DNA of 63,961 nt, the filler included, from Octopus bimaculoides (lineage: Eukaryota): assembly GCF_001194135.2 (NCBI RefSeq). It is 5 parts of 5 records of this genome, joined end to end, with 100 filler letters (N's around TTAATTAATTAA, not from the genome) between each part and the next. Parts side by side here need not be neighbours in the genome. Positions count along the whole stretch, not along the records: positions 41,004 to 47,951 come from NW_026394884.1; positions 48,052 to 62,737 come from NC_068983.1; 3 more parts are not named here. The stretch is one strand, 5' to 3'. Shown here in pieces: positions 41,004-52,873 of this stretch (position 1 is the first letter of the stretch; the number at the start of each line of letters is the position of its first letter). A program made the position numbers and the translations under genes. The notes below the pieces were generated by a model, which was given only the letters and a program-made list of their open reading frames with translations, was not told the origin of the DNA and searched no databases.

Positions 41004-41327
41004 AGCAGAGAAATGGGTTGATAAAGTAATCGAGGTAGTTAGAGTATGTGACAGAGTACTTACGATTAGACTAGTGCTTCATCATAGATTAGCTACTGTC
41101 ATCTCAGCCTATGCCCCTCAATCGGGGCTACCGGATGGTCTGAAAGACCAATTCTATGACACCCTCTTGCAAACTACCTCGTCGACAAGTGACAGGGACC
41201 TTCTCTTTGTGGCTGGTGACTTCAATGGTCATGTCGGACGTCGTGCTGGAGGCTTTCATGGCATACATGGAGGCTATGGCTTCGGTTCCCGCAACGAGGA
41301 GGGAACCAGACTGCTGGAGTTCTGTGT
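41004..41327 (+). mobile_element. RTE LINE apurinic-type endonuclease fragment
   Basis: VISAYAPQSG...FVAGDFNGHVG...GYGFGSRNEEGTRLLEFC. Confidence 0.93.
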
Positions 41328-41466
41328 TACATCCTTATTACTTGTGTGATTTTTTGCTGCCCTGGTAACTGTTTGTTAATTTTTTCTGTGTTAATTGTAA
41401 ACAAGGGAAAAATACACACATCCATTTATATGTATGTATATACATATGTGTATATATATATTAATG

Positions 41467-41503
<37 letters not shown>

Positions 41504-42203
41504 ATAATATACATAATATATATATATATGCATATATACAGACACATATGTACATACATATGTATATATATATAGGTATGCTTTTATGGGTACAGGACGT
41601 CACAAAATGTAAGTCACATGAAATACGAAAATAATGGGTGTGTAAAGAACAAGAATAACAAATGGAAAACAAGACAAGTAACATAAAAAAACGACCCTTT
41701 ATATATATATATATATATATGTATATAGATGTATATATATNNNNNNNNNNNNNNNNNNNNNNNNNNNNNNNNNNNNNNNNNNNNNNNNNNNNNNNNNNNN
41801 NNNNNNNNNNNNNNNNNNNNNNNNNNNNNNNNNNNNNNNNNNNNNNNNNNNNNNNNNNNNNNNNNNNNNNNNNNNNNNNNNNNNNNNNNNNNNNNNNNNN
41901 NNNNNNNNNNNNNNNNNNNNNNNNNNNNNNNNNNNNNNNNNNNNNNNNNNNNNNNNNNNNNNNNNNNNNNNNNNNNNNNNNNNNNNNNNNNNNNNNNNNN
42001 NNNNNNNNNNNNNNNNNNNNNNNNNNNNNNNNNNNNNNNNNNNNNNNNNNNNNNNNNNNNNNNNNNNNNNNNNNNNNNNNNAGCAAGTGACCTGATTTGA
42101 GATCGTGTGCTGGAATGAAAACAATTGCAGCGTGGAAGGTGTTTATAAGCCATTTAAAATAACACACAAAAGCCGTCAGATTCACTTCAACATTTAAATT
42201 TAA

Positions 42204-42254
42204 TTTGTCAAAATATTTTCGTCGCTTTGAGACCGTGACCTGTTCACTAACAAA
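42204..42254 (-). ncRNA. Type I minimal hammerhead-like motif with G3:C8 core swap
   Basis: UUUGUUA-GUGAACA-G-GUC-ACGGUCUCAAAGC-GAC-GAAA-AUAUU-U-UGACAAA; 7-bp stem I, palindromic AAUAUU stem III. Confidence 0.55.
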
Positions 42255-42355
42255 ATTTATATATATTGATAGAAAAGACAACAAAAGAAAGAAAGAGACC
42301 TCGATATTATGTAAATACAGGAATTTATCTGTAAAAATGTGACACTTATTCAGTA

Positions 42356-42425
42356 GCCATGATACAACTCCGAGTTTCGGATGCTGGGGTGGGAACCCAC
42401 GCCGCCACCTCTTCAGTTATCTGGC
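42356..42425 (-). ncRNA. Near-intact type I hammerhead ribozyme motif
   Basis: GCCAGAUA-A-CUGAAGA-GG...CC-GAAA-CU-CGG-AGU-U-G-UAUC-A-UGGC. Confidence 0.6.
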
Positions 42426-42524
42426 AATTGAAAATACCTATGAAAAATGACCGTTAAACAAAGGGAAATTACTGTGTGGTTCACCGTTATTAAGACAAAA
42501 GAGCTATAGACCGCTAAGTAAGGG

Positions 42525-43298
42525 GAGGGTATGGTCATGTGGCGTGCGCTGAAATGAGCATGTGGTAAGAATGGATGAGGACAGCTGTCTGAAAAAGTGC
42601 CACACTCTAGTGGTTGAGGGAACCTGTGGAAGAGGTAGACCCAGAAAGATCTGGGATGAGGAGGTGAAGCACGACCTTTGAAAATTACGCCTCACCAAGG
42701 CAATAACTAGTGACCGAGACCTTTGGAAATATGCGGTGCTTGAGAAGACCCGGAAACTCAAGTGAGACCATAACCCGTGGTTTATACCAGGGGTGTAACC
42801 AGCCCACTTATACGTACCTTTCCTTCATTGGACACTAAACTCTGCTTGCGAAGACCTGTTGAGGCAATTGAAATCGAAATCAAATTCGATGTCTGGCATC
42901 CATGCTGGTGAAGCACTAAGAGCACCATCCGAGTGTGATTGTTGCCAGGGCAGCTGACTGGCTTCCGTGCCGGTGGCACGTGAAAAGCACCATTCGAGTG
43001 TGATCATTACCAGCATCACCTTACTGGCACTTATGCCGGTGGTACGTGAAAAACATTTGAGCAAGCTTCTGTGCAGGTGCCATGTAAAAAACACTGGCCG
43101 TCATACTGGTGGCATGTAAAAGCACCAACTACAATCTCAGAGTGGTTGGCGTTAGGAAGAGCATCCAGCTGTAGAAACTCTGCCAGATCAGACTGGAGCC
43201 TGGTGCAGACATCTGGTTTGCCAGTCCTCAGTCAAATCGTCCAACCCATGCCACCATAGAAAGCAGACATTAAACGATGATGATGATGATGATGATGA
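42525..43298 (+). mobile_element. RTE LINE 3' end with (GAT)n tail
   Basis: MDEDSCLKKCHTLVVEGTCGRGRPRKIW; 3' UTR matches 46200-46779. Confidence 0.92.
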
Positions 43299-43679
43299 AT
43301 ATATATATGTACGTATATATATATATATATATNNNNNNNNNNNNNNNNNNNNNNNNNNNNNNNNNNNNNNNNNNNNNNNNNNNNNNNNNNNNNNNNNNNN
43401 NNNNNNNNNNNNNNNNNNNNNNNNNNNNNNNNNNNNNNNNNNNNNNNNNNNNNNNNNNNNNNNNNNNNNNNNNNNNNNNNNNNNNNNNNNNNNNNNNNNN
43501 NNNNNNNNNNNNNNNNNNNNNNNNNNNNNNNNNNNNNNNNNNNNNNNNNNNNNNNNNNNNNNNNNNNNNNNNNNNNNNNNNNNNNNNNNNNNNNNNNNNN
43601 NNNNNNNNNNNNNNNNNNNNNNNNNNNNNNNNNNNNNNNNNNNNNNNNNNNNNNNNNNNNNNNNNNNNNNNNNNNNNNN

Positions 43680-43713
<34 letters not shown>

Positions 43714-43725
43714 TGTGCGTGTGTT

Positions 43726-44040
43726 TATGTCATGTCCTGTTATTTGTATTTGTGTAATATTCTTTGTTTTTTTTTTTCCCATCATTGTTTTCGTATACAT
43801 TCACTGCCTTCTTCCAAGGAATCTAATGCTCTCAGCTTAGTTTTTCCTTGGGGCTGGCCAGATTGGAGCAATCTCGAGTATAACCAGCCGAAATTGCAAA
43901 GATAATCTGGAACTCGGCTGAGGAAAGAAAACTCCGAATGACCCATCCTTGTTTTCTTTGTATTGTGTATCTGGAGGGTTTGTTGTCCCTTTTTTGTATC
44001 ACCTAACTGTCTGGATGTTTTGCGTTCTTGTCCCATTTTG

Positions 44041-44088
<48 letters not shown>

Positions 44089-44860
44089 GTATAGCATCGT
44101 ACGTACACTTTGGTATCTTATATGTAAACATATATTTATCTAAATCTTCTACGACTCTATTCTTTTATTCTTTCCTTCCTTCTCTATCAGCCCTTTCACG
44201 CTTACTTCGTTCATTCCACTCTTCATTCTCTCATTCCCCCTTGCTCACATTTCCTTGTCTTCTCTTCATGCTCACTTTCCTCCTCTTTTCACTTCACTGT
44301 ATCCCTGTCATTTTTTCTTGCCCTTTCTTATTTCTTCTGTCCCTCTGCCTCTACCTCTATCTCTTCTCTCCCCACGTGACCAGTGTTCAGCCAAGCCTGA
44401 CCATTCTTTCTTGATTCGGCCATCATCCGTGCAACATCTATATTCCTCCCTGTGCCTGTGAAATCATGTATCCCTGCCGTAAGGCTTTACTTCCACACAC
44501 GCCAGCTTAATTTAATTCATTCTTAGTCAAAAGGCACCTGTTGTTATGTCCTCTTATTTGCATTTCTGTAACGTTCTCTGTATTTTCTCCCATCCTTGTT
44601 TTTGTATACATTCGCTGCTTTCTTCCAAGGAATCTAATGCTCTTAGCTTAGTTTTTCCTTAGGGCTGGCCAGATTGGAGCAATCTCGAGTATAACCAGCC
44701 AAAATTGCAAAGATAATCTGGAACTCAACTGAGGATAGAAAAATTCCGAATGACCCGTCCTTGTTTTCTTTGTATCGTCTATCTGGAGGTTTTGTTGTCC
44801 CGTTTTTGCATCACATAACTGTCTGGATGTTTTGCGTTCTTGTCCCATTTTGTATTTTAT
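43726..44860 (+). repeat. Two ~320-bp direct copies (43726-44050, 44545-44860) of an unknown repeat ending in (AT)n
   Basis: Colinear high-identity alignment seen by eye. Confidence 0.9.
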
Positions 44861-45033
44861 ATATATATATATAATTATTATATGTATTTATTTTCTCTAA
44901 GTTAATAATTAACTCAGACAAAATAAATTGGTTAATAAATACCAGGGTAGCAAAGATCACAAAATGACTGCGGTGTAACTCCTGTTTATGAGGTAGAAAC
45001 TCCTTGTTATTTTGGGTACTTGAGTAAATATAT

Positions 45034-47704
45034 AAGTTTAGTAAATGGAGTAAAACGCATATGCTAAATGAATTCTTTTATTTCCAACATATGTTTTGAA
45101 GATTACAAATTATATCTTCCATAGGAATAGGTGATGTTGATAAGGATGTAATCTTCTCTTNNNNNNNNNNNNNNNNNNNNNNNNNNNNNNNNNNNNNNNN
45201 NNNNNNNNNNNNNNNNNNNNNNNNNNNNNNNNNNNNNNNNNNNNNNNNNNNNNNNNNNNNNNNNNNNNNNNNNNNNNNNNNNNNNNNNNNNNNNNNNNNN
45301 NNNNNNNNNNNNNNNNNNNNNNNNNNNNNNNNNNNNNNNNNNNNNNNNNNNNNNNNNNNNNNNNNNNNNNNNNNNNNNNNNNNNNNNNNNNNNNNNNNNN
45401 NNNNNNNNNNNNNNNNNNNNNNNNNNNNNNNNNNNNNNNNNNNNNNNNNNNNNNNNNNNNNNNNNNNNNNNNNNNNNNNNNNNNNNNNNNNNNNNNNNNN
45501 NNNNNNNNNNNNNNNNNNNNNNNNNNNNNNNNNNNNNNNNNNNNNNNNNNNNNNNNNNNNNNNNNNNNNNNNNNNNNNNNNNNNNNNNNNNNNNNNNNNN
45601 NNNNNNNNNNNNNNNNNNNNNNNNNNNNNNNNNNNNNNNNNNNNNNNNNNNNNNNNNNNNNNNNNNNNNNNNNNNNNNNNNNNNNNNNNNNNNNNNNNNN
45701 NNNNNNNNNNNNNNNNNNNNNNNNNNNNNNNNNNNNNNNNNNNNNNNNNNNNNNNNNNNNNNNNNNNNNNNNNNNNNNNNNNNNNNNNNNNNNNNNNNNN
45801 NNNNNCATGGCAGTGAAACATGGGCTGTGACTGCTGAGGACATGCATAAGGTCGCATGGAATGAAGCCAGTATGATCCGCTGGATGTGTAATGTCGGTGT
45901 GCATACCCGGCAGAGTGTAAGTATCTTGAGAGAAAAGCTGAACATAAGAGGCATCAGTTGTGGTGTGCAAGAGAGGCGATTGCGCTGGTATGGACATGTG
46001 GTGAGAATGGACGAGGATAGCTGCGTGAAAAAGTGCCACACCCTAACAGCTGAGGGAACCCGTGGAAGAGGTAGGCCCAGGAAGACCTGGGCTGAGGTGG
46101 TGAAGCAAGACCTTCAAACATTGGGCCTCACCGAGGCGATGACGTCTGACCGAGACCTTTGGAAATGTGCTGTGCATGAGAACACCTGGCAAGCCAAGTG
46201 AGACCTAAATCCAAGGCCTCTGCCAGGGGTGTAGCAAGCCCACCTACGCGTACCTTTCCTACATTGGACACTAACCTCCGCTTGTGAAGACTTGTTGAGG
46301 CAAGTGAAATCGAACTGAATTCGACGACTGGCATCCATGCCAACGTCGTCTCTTTCATTGGACACGAAACTCAGCTTGTGAGATCTTATTGGGGCAAGCG
46401 AAAGCGAAATTGGGATAGCACCCATGCCCAGCGTTGCCTTTCTGGCACTTGTGCCCGTGATATGTGTAAGGATTTTCGAGCGAGATCGTTGCCAGTGCAC
46501 CTGGACTGGCTCTTGTGCGGGGGGCACATAATATACACCATTTTGAGCATGGCCGTTGCCAGTACCGCTTGACTGGCTTCCATGTGGGTGACACGTAAAA
46601 GCACCCACTACACTCTCTGAGTGGTTGGCGTTAGGAAGGGCATCCAGCTGTAGAAACTCTGCCAAATCAGATTGGAGCCTGGTGTTGCCATCCGGTTTCA
46701 CCAGTCCTCAGTCAAATCATCCAACCCATGCTAGCATGGAAAGCGGACGTTAAACGATGATGATGATGATGATGATGATATACACACACATNNNNNNNNN
46801 NNNNNNNNNNNNNNNNNNNNNNNNNNNNNNNNNNNNNNNNNNNNNNNNNNNNNNNNNNNNNNNNNNNNNNNNNNNNNNNNNNNNNNNNNNNNNNNNNNNN
46901 NNNNNNNNNNNNNNNNNNNNNNNNNNNNNNNNNNNNNNNNNNNNNNNNNNNNNNNNNNNNNNNNNNNNNNNNNNNNNNNNNNNNNNNNNNNNNNNNNNNN
47001 NNNNNNNNNNNNNNNNNNNNNNNNNNNNNNNNNNNNNNNNNNNNNNNNNNNNNNNNNNNNNNNNNNNNNNNNNNNNNNNNNNNNNNNNNNNNNNNNNNNN
47101 NNNNNNNNNNNNNNNNNNNNNNNNNNNNNNNNNNNNNNNNNNNNNNNNNNNNNNNNNNNNNNNNNNNNNNNNNNNNNNNNNNNNNNNNNNNNNNNNNNNN
47201 NNNNNNNNNNNNNNNNNNNNNTATATATATATATATATATATATGCAAATGTATTGATGTATGTATGGGTGTATGTGTGTATATATATGTATATATATAT
47301 GATTATACACATTTATATCAACACTGCTTGTATAAATACATGATTAATTCCCCTTTACGGTCCCATTATAAATAAAACATTCCTCTCCAATTTTTGTCGG
47401 ATTTAAATCATTTTATTATCTCCCAATTCTATACTCTAAATTTCCTTTTTTACTTCTTTTCTTCCCTTCTTGCCCAACATACTGTCAAGTAGCGTTCCAA
47501 CCTCCAATGGCTTTTTCAAATAAATTACGTAGCAATCTTCTCTAACTACAGTTATCATATTCGGTTAAAATGTCTTACAGTTAAGCTGGTTCCTATGTAT
47601 TTCCCTGAAGAGAAGATTACATCCTTATCATTGTCACCTATTCCTATGGAAGGTATAATTTGTAATCATTTAACATATGCATTTTACTCCATTTACTAAA
47701 TTTA
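45034..47704. repeat. Inverted repeat pair (45034-45160 / 47609-47704) flanking an RTE copy and gaps
   Basis: TTTAGTAAATGGAGTAAAA...CTTCCATAGGAATAGGTGA...GATAAGGATGTAATCTTCTCT present in opposite orientations. Confidence 0.85.
45806..46779 (+). mobile_element. Young RTE-clade LINE, 3' end of ORF plus 3' UTR and (GAT)n tail
   Basis: HGSETWAVT...RWMCNV...VQERRLRWYGHVVRM...GRGRPRKTW, open to stop at 46201. Confidence 0.95.
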
Positions 47705-47707
47705 TAC

Positions 47708-47754
<47 letters not shown>

Positions 47755-47864
47755 TGTATATATATGTATATATACCTTTTCGATATCAGAATTAACATTG
47801 TATGTATATATATATATATATATATATATGTAAATATGTTTATATATATATGTATGCATGTATA

Positions 47865-47951
47865 TCATCATCATCATCATCATCATCATCGTTTAACGTC
47901 CGCATGGGTTGGACGATTTGACTGAGGACAGGTGAAACCGGATGGCAACAC
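47865..47951 (-). mobile_element. RTE 3' tail
   Basis: (CAT)n-CGTTTAACGTCCG...GGTTGGACGATTTGACTGAGGAC. Confidence 0.85.
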
Positions 47952-48059
47952 NNNNNNNNNNNNNNNNNNNNNNNNNNNNNNNNNNNNNNNNNNNNTTAAT
48001 TAATTAANNNNNNNNNNNNNNNNNNNNNNNNNNNNNNNNNNNNNNNNNNNNTATATACA

Positions 48060-48097
<38 letters not shown>

Positions 48098-48210
48098 CAT
48101 ATATGTATCTATACATATATGTATACATTCATATATACATATCTACATATGCATACATATATATCCCTTAGACCCCACACTTGCTTCCCCCACTCTTGCC
48201 TCCCCCACAA

Positions 48211-48303
48211 CTCAAAACATAAAGGACTTTCTCACTTCCCGAGCATTAAACTAATACATGTGTTTGTTGTTTACACACACATCTTTGTCTTTTGATTTTT
48301 TGT
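48211..48303 (+). mobile_element. Truncated CpG-decayed copy of the hammerhead-bearing repeat
   Basis: CTCAAAACATAAAGG (from CTCGAAACGT) followed by sequence matching the reverse complement of 3745-3830. Confidence 0.55.
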
Positions 48304-48304
48304 A

Positions 48305-48565
48305 AGAGGGAATCCATGAAAGAGATAGACCCAGGAAGACCTGGGCTTCACTAAGTAATGACTAGTGACAAAGACCTTTGGAAATATGCTGTGCTTGAGA
48401 AGACCTGAGAAGCCAAGTGAGAGCATAACCCATGGCCTATGCCAGCAGTGTAACCAGCCTACTCATGCATGCCTTTCTTTCGTTGGACACTAAATTTTGC
48501 TTGTGAAGACCTGTTGAGGCAAGTGAAATCACAATTAAAAATCAAATTCTCTGACGTGGCCAATG
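48305..48565 (+). mobile_element. RTE 3' fragment
   Basis: AGACCCAGGAAGACCTGG...GACCTTTGGAAATATGCTGTGC. Confidence 0.8.
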
Positions 48566-48570
48566 ACACT

Positions 48571-49375
48571 GCAAACAATATTGACTCACCTAGTTCAAAT
48601 CAGTAAAGTGAAAAAGTTGGATAAGTGGGTTCCACATGAACTCAATGAAATTCAGAAACAGCAACGTTTGAAAGCCTGCATTATGCTATTTTCTCATCAC
48701 AAAATGAATCATTTTTGAATCGAATTGTAACATGTGAGGAGAAATATATCCAATACAACAATTGTAAAGGTTCGGCACAATGGTTGGACAAAAACTAGCC
48801 ACCAAAACACAGTCCAAAAAGCAAAATTTGTCAAAAGAAACTGATGGTGTGTGTCTGATGGTCTGGGGGAAATGTGATCCGTTATAATTTCATTAAACCT
48901 GGCTCATCAATCATGGCTGAAGTATACTGCAGCCAGCTGGACCAAATGATGCAGAAACTTACAAAAACAGCCTAGATTAGTCAACAGACCTACTCCTATT
49001 TTATTGCAAGACAACGCCAAACCATACATCGCAAAAATGACACTGGTGAAACTACAGGAGTTGAAGTTGGAAGTTCTCCATCATCTACCCTACTCACCTG
49101 ATCTTGCCCTCACTGACTACCACTTCTAGAATTTGGATAACTTTTTGATAGGAAAACAATTTAATTCCGATGATGTTGTAAAACAGGCCTTCCAAGATTT
49201 TATTGATTCTAGATTGCCAGGCTTTTACAGTTTCAGGCTGGACAAGCTACCGCTGAAATGGCAAAAGTGTATTGACAATATGAGTGCATACTTTGATGAA
49301 TAAAACTATTCCTTGTATTTATAAAACATTAGCAACATTTTTTTCTTTTCTATAAATTTCATACTTGATGACCTA
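48571..49375 (+). mobile_element. 5'-truncated mariner relic (Mos1/Hsmar-like)
   Basis: KKLDKWVPHEL, RIVTCEEK, LQDNAKPY, LPYSPDLALTDYHF, KLPLKWQKCID; in-frame stops and frameshifts. Confidence 0.93.
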
Positions 49376-49379
49376 TGAG

Positions 49380-49540
49380 TAATAGCTGGAATTGTGGAAG
49401 TGGAAGATCCAGCAAGAACTGAGATGAAGTAGTGAAAACTAATCTCAGGACCTTGAGCCTGGTGGATAAGATAACAAAACAACTGGGATCTCTGGTGGTT
49501 GAGGCTCTCAAAAAACTCACCCTCCTCAAAAAACTGAGTT
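49380..49540 (+). mobile_element. Degenerate RTE fragment
   Basis: GAATTGTGGAAGTGGAAGATCCAG...GATGAAGTAGTGAA aligns to the GRGRPRKTWDEVVK region. Confidence 0.55.
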
Positions 49541-50044
49541 CTAGAAGCACTGTATTTTGGTTCTTAACCATTACAGTGATTCCCTCCCCTCATACATGTC
49601 TACCTTATGCCTACCTCTTCCCCCTCTCTCTTGTTTTCCCTCCACTAGCAACAGTATCATCTTTACTATCCCTGGAACTCACTGCCTCCACACTTCTGAA
49701 TTTTTCTATCATACCCAGCTTATATCTCTTGTCCCATCCTCCCTTTAACCCTAACCATTTTGGTAGTTTTCCCTCTTCCTCATCAACCTTCCTATACAGT
49801 CTTACAAACCACCTGCCTTCCACTTCTATTAGCTTATGTCTTGTGGGGCTAACTGAGCAACTTATTACCATTATCAGTCTTGCACCTCTCACTGATCATT
49901 TTATCATCTCTCCTAACATTTTTCATTTCTTTATAGATGTGAGTAGCAATGTAAATCCCTGTGCAGCAACTCACTCTGCTGACCTCTCTAAGAGTAATCT
50001 CTTCATCTCTTAACATGAAACTGAACCCCTACTCCAGGGCTCAT

Positions 50045-50259
50045 GGTCCTGAAAACTGCTTGGTTACTTCAATAGTTCAGATTGCCGAAAAATCCAGTCT
50101 ACACTGAGAAGTGGTTGACATTAGAAATGGCATCCAGCTATAAAAACTGTACCAAAGCAGACAGAGCATGAAGCAGTCCTTGGACACATCAGTTCCAGTC
50201 AAACCATCAGCCTATACCAGCATAAAATACGGATATCAAATGATGATGATGATGATGAT
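50045..50259 (+). mobile_element. Degenerate RTE 3' UTR with (GAT)n tail
   Basis: GTGGTTGACATTAGAAATGGCATCCAGC...AAATGATGATGATG. Confidence 0.7.
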
Positions 50260-50389
50260 AAAGTATAGATAGAAAGATAGATAGATAAACAGATAGATAT
50301 AGATGTAGGTATTTATCAACACACACACAAGCACACACACACACACACACACACATATATGCATGCAAACATACATACAAAAAAGAAAA

Positions 50390-50642
50390 AGGACTAAATG
50401 TCCTTCACAAACCATAGGCTCATCAAGTCAGATACCCAGATTCTGTGTTGCAAATCTGCCCCACTCTGGCACATGACACTACTTTGTTTACAAGATTATT
50501 AATTTTTGCAAGCTCAGTGGACTGAAACAACATGACATGAAGTGTTTTGCTCAAAAGTACAATACATTGCCCAGTCCAGGAATTGAAACTACAATCTTAC
50601 GATCATAAGTCAATACCTTAACCATTAAGCCACATGCCTCCA
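50390..50642 (-). mobile_element. SINE family C, decayed
   Basis: Minus head GTGGAGGCATGTGGCTTAATGGTTAAGG...GTTTCAATTCC. Confidence 0.7.
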
Positions 50643-50734
50643 CATGCAAACATACATATATGCATACACCTACATACATATATATGTATATGTGTGTATA
50701 TATTTACAAACACACACACACATATATACATATA

Positions 50735-50793
<59 letters not shown>

Positions 50794-51506
50794 TACATAT
50801 ACAAATATGCACTACCTCAAGTCCCTGGACATTCCCTATGCTTTGTTGTAGGTCCATAGCTCATGAGGGTGCTCCATACAGGGCTGACCATCATGTACAT
50901 AATTTATGTTGCAAGGAGTCCTTCACATCTATACCATTATAAAACTTAATTACTTAATAGGTTCTGTCATGTAATCTTTTCCTGTAAACATATGTTTTAT
51001 TCCACATTTGCTCATTACTCAAAATTTTATAATTTTTCCTAACTATAGCTGGATCTTTTTACTCTTTCTCCAAATGTGTAATTGCCAATTTTCCCTCGTA
51101 TTCTTGTATATTCTCTTTTTCTGAACATACTTTCTTCTCTGCTACTGCCATTCCTGCTCCTTTACCTCAATGCTTATCTCTTCCTGCCTCCACGTCTAGC
51201 CAATTGACATTCATAACTGATTTATGGTATCCCTAACATTATCTTTGCCATGTTTCCTTTCATTTTGTTGATTTTAGCTTTATCTTCACCTCTTCTCTCT
51301 TCAATTCTATCTTTCTTCATTTCTTCTTATATTCTAAAAGTTGTCCTTCCTCTTCTTTCTCTCACTTTGATCTAGTTCCGCTTCTTCTCTTTCTTTAACT
51401 CTTTACTTTCACTAGTACTACTATATGAACTGCATTTGCCAATCTTCTCTTGATTGCAGAAGTCAGACTTACAGTAATATCTTTTGTGACTGGTTACTAC
51501 TTACAG

Positions 51507-51643
51507 ACTCGTGATATATTGCCCATTTCATCAATAATTTATGATTATTATGATTATTACATAACTCCAGGCTTCTTTAAACAGCTGTTGAGCTATGAAT
51601 TTACGCATTTTCTAATCTTATTCTGTACATTTTTGTACTCCAA
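51507..51643 (+). CDS. Candidate exon of unknown + strand host gene ([45 protein letters not shown])
   Basis: Acceptor CTACTTACAG (alternative GATTGCAG at 51459, same frame), donor CAA|GTAAGT, open frame. Confidence 0.4.
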
Positions 51644-52506
51644 GTAAGTATATTTCTATCAAGCTTAACTGTGTTCATCTCCATTGCTACCTCTATACAT
51701 ACATTTATTTATGTATACATATATATATACATATACGTACATATATCTACTTATATATATATATACATATATGTATATACATATATATACATATCCAATA
51801 TATATATATATATATACATATGTACATATATATATACACATGCGTGTATATATATATATATGTAAATATATATATACATGTATATAGAGAGAGTGTGACA
51901 GAGAGACAGACATGTTGGTATGCGTATGTATGTATGTATGTATGTGATATGTTAACACTTCCAACCACAGTAAAGTACGAAGTAATTAAATATTACAGTC
52001 AATCAGCTTTAAAGTAGTCGACATTATTTACAATCTTTATCACCTTCAAAGGTGTAAACTACAGTAGTAGCTACAAGCCTTGGTCCTGGAAATCTTCTAA
52101 GAGATATTTGTTAGTTTATGTTCTGTGATTAGCACCATTGATGGTGGGCAGCCAAGTTGGGTCCCTTGATAATATATGTAAGAATATTACAATACCAAGT
52201 ATTGAAAATCTCACAGAATGAAAAAGACTGGTTTCACAGATTTCATATATTAGACTACTCACTATTTCACTCAACTTACAATCACACCTATACCAATGAT
52301 TCATAATACAGTATGTTTCTTGTAATTCAATGTGTGTGTGTGCGTGTGCGTGTGCACGTGCATGTGTGTCTGTGTGTGCACATGTGCATGTTTGATGTAT
52401 GTGTATATATGTAAAACCACCAGGATCGAGTAACCATTAGCTTTTGTCACAGCATTTCTCTAGGAGAGAGACACTGATTTAAAGCTGCAGTTTCATGTAA
52501 TTTCAG

Positions 52507-52532
52507 GTCATTTCAGTTTGGCCTGTCACTAG
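52507..52532 (+). CDS. Candidate 26-nt micro-exon (K-SFQFGLSL-A)
   Basis: TTTCAG|G acceptor, AG|GTAC donor; supplies the phase 2 to phase 1 bridge needed between flanking candidates. Confidence 0.3.
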
Positions 52533-52873
52533 GTACTAATCATGGAGACTCCAAGAGTGACTATCATGTTGTACAAACATTTATCACTATAATCTAAGGA
52601 TACACAGATGTCTCTTTATAGTGATTTTATTCATCATTCTATCAACTGAAAGTGTTATGACAATGGAAAAGTTGTGACATGTGCAAACCTAACCAGTTGG
52701 AAGCACACAGTAAGTTACAAATCATGGAGATCTGCAATAGGTCATGGACAGAATGTCAGAAATACAATTGACAACAAGGAATCACGGAGAGACAGCCATC
52801 ATCTGTGAAGGTCAGTCATTATGTGTGTAAATATGTACATATATGTTTATATATATATAGTTCATAGATGAGA

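Noticed and set aside
43915-44765. CTGAGGA...CCGAATGACCCGTC in both direct repeats as a hammerhead
   Set aside because: GAAT instead of GAAA; stem II and stem III registers are inconsistent between the copies.
49432-50013. 193-aa ORF
   Set aside because: Starts in an RTE relic and continues through pyrimidine-rich low-complexity DNA (S/L/P/F-biased).
52649-52807. 52-codon open stretch KCYDNGKVVTCANL, recalling piggyBac WYDNK.V
   Set aside because: Only a short motif, no other transposase motifs or TIRs, and no usable acceptor in frame.
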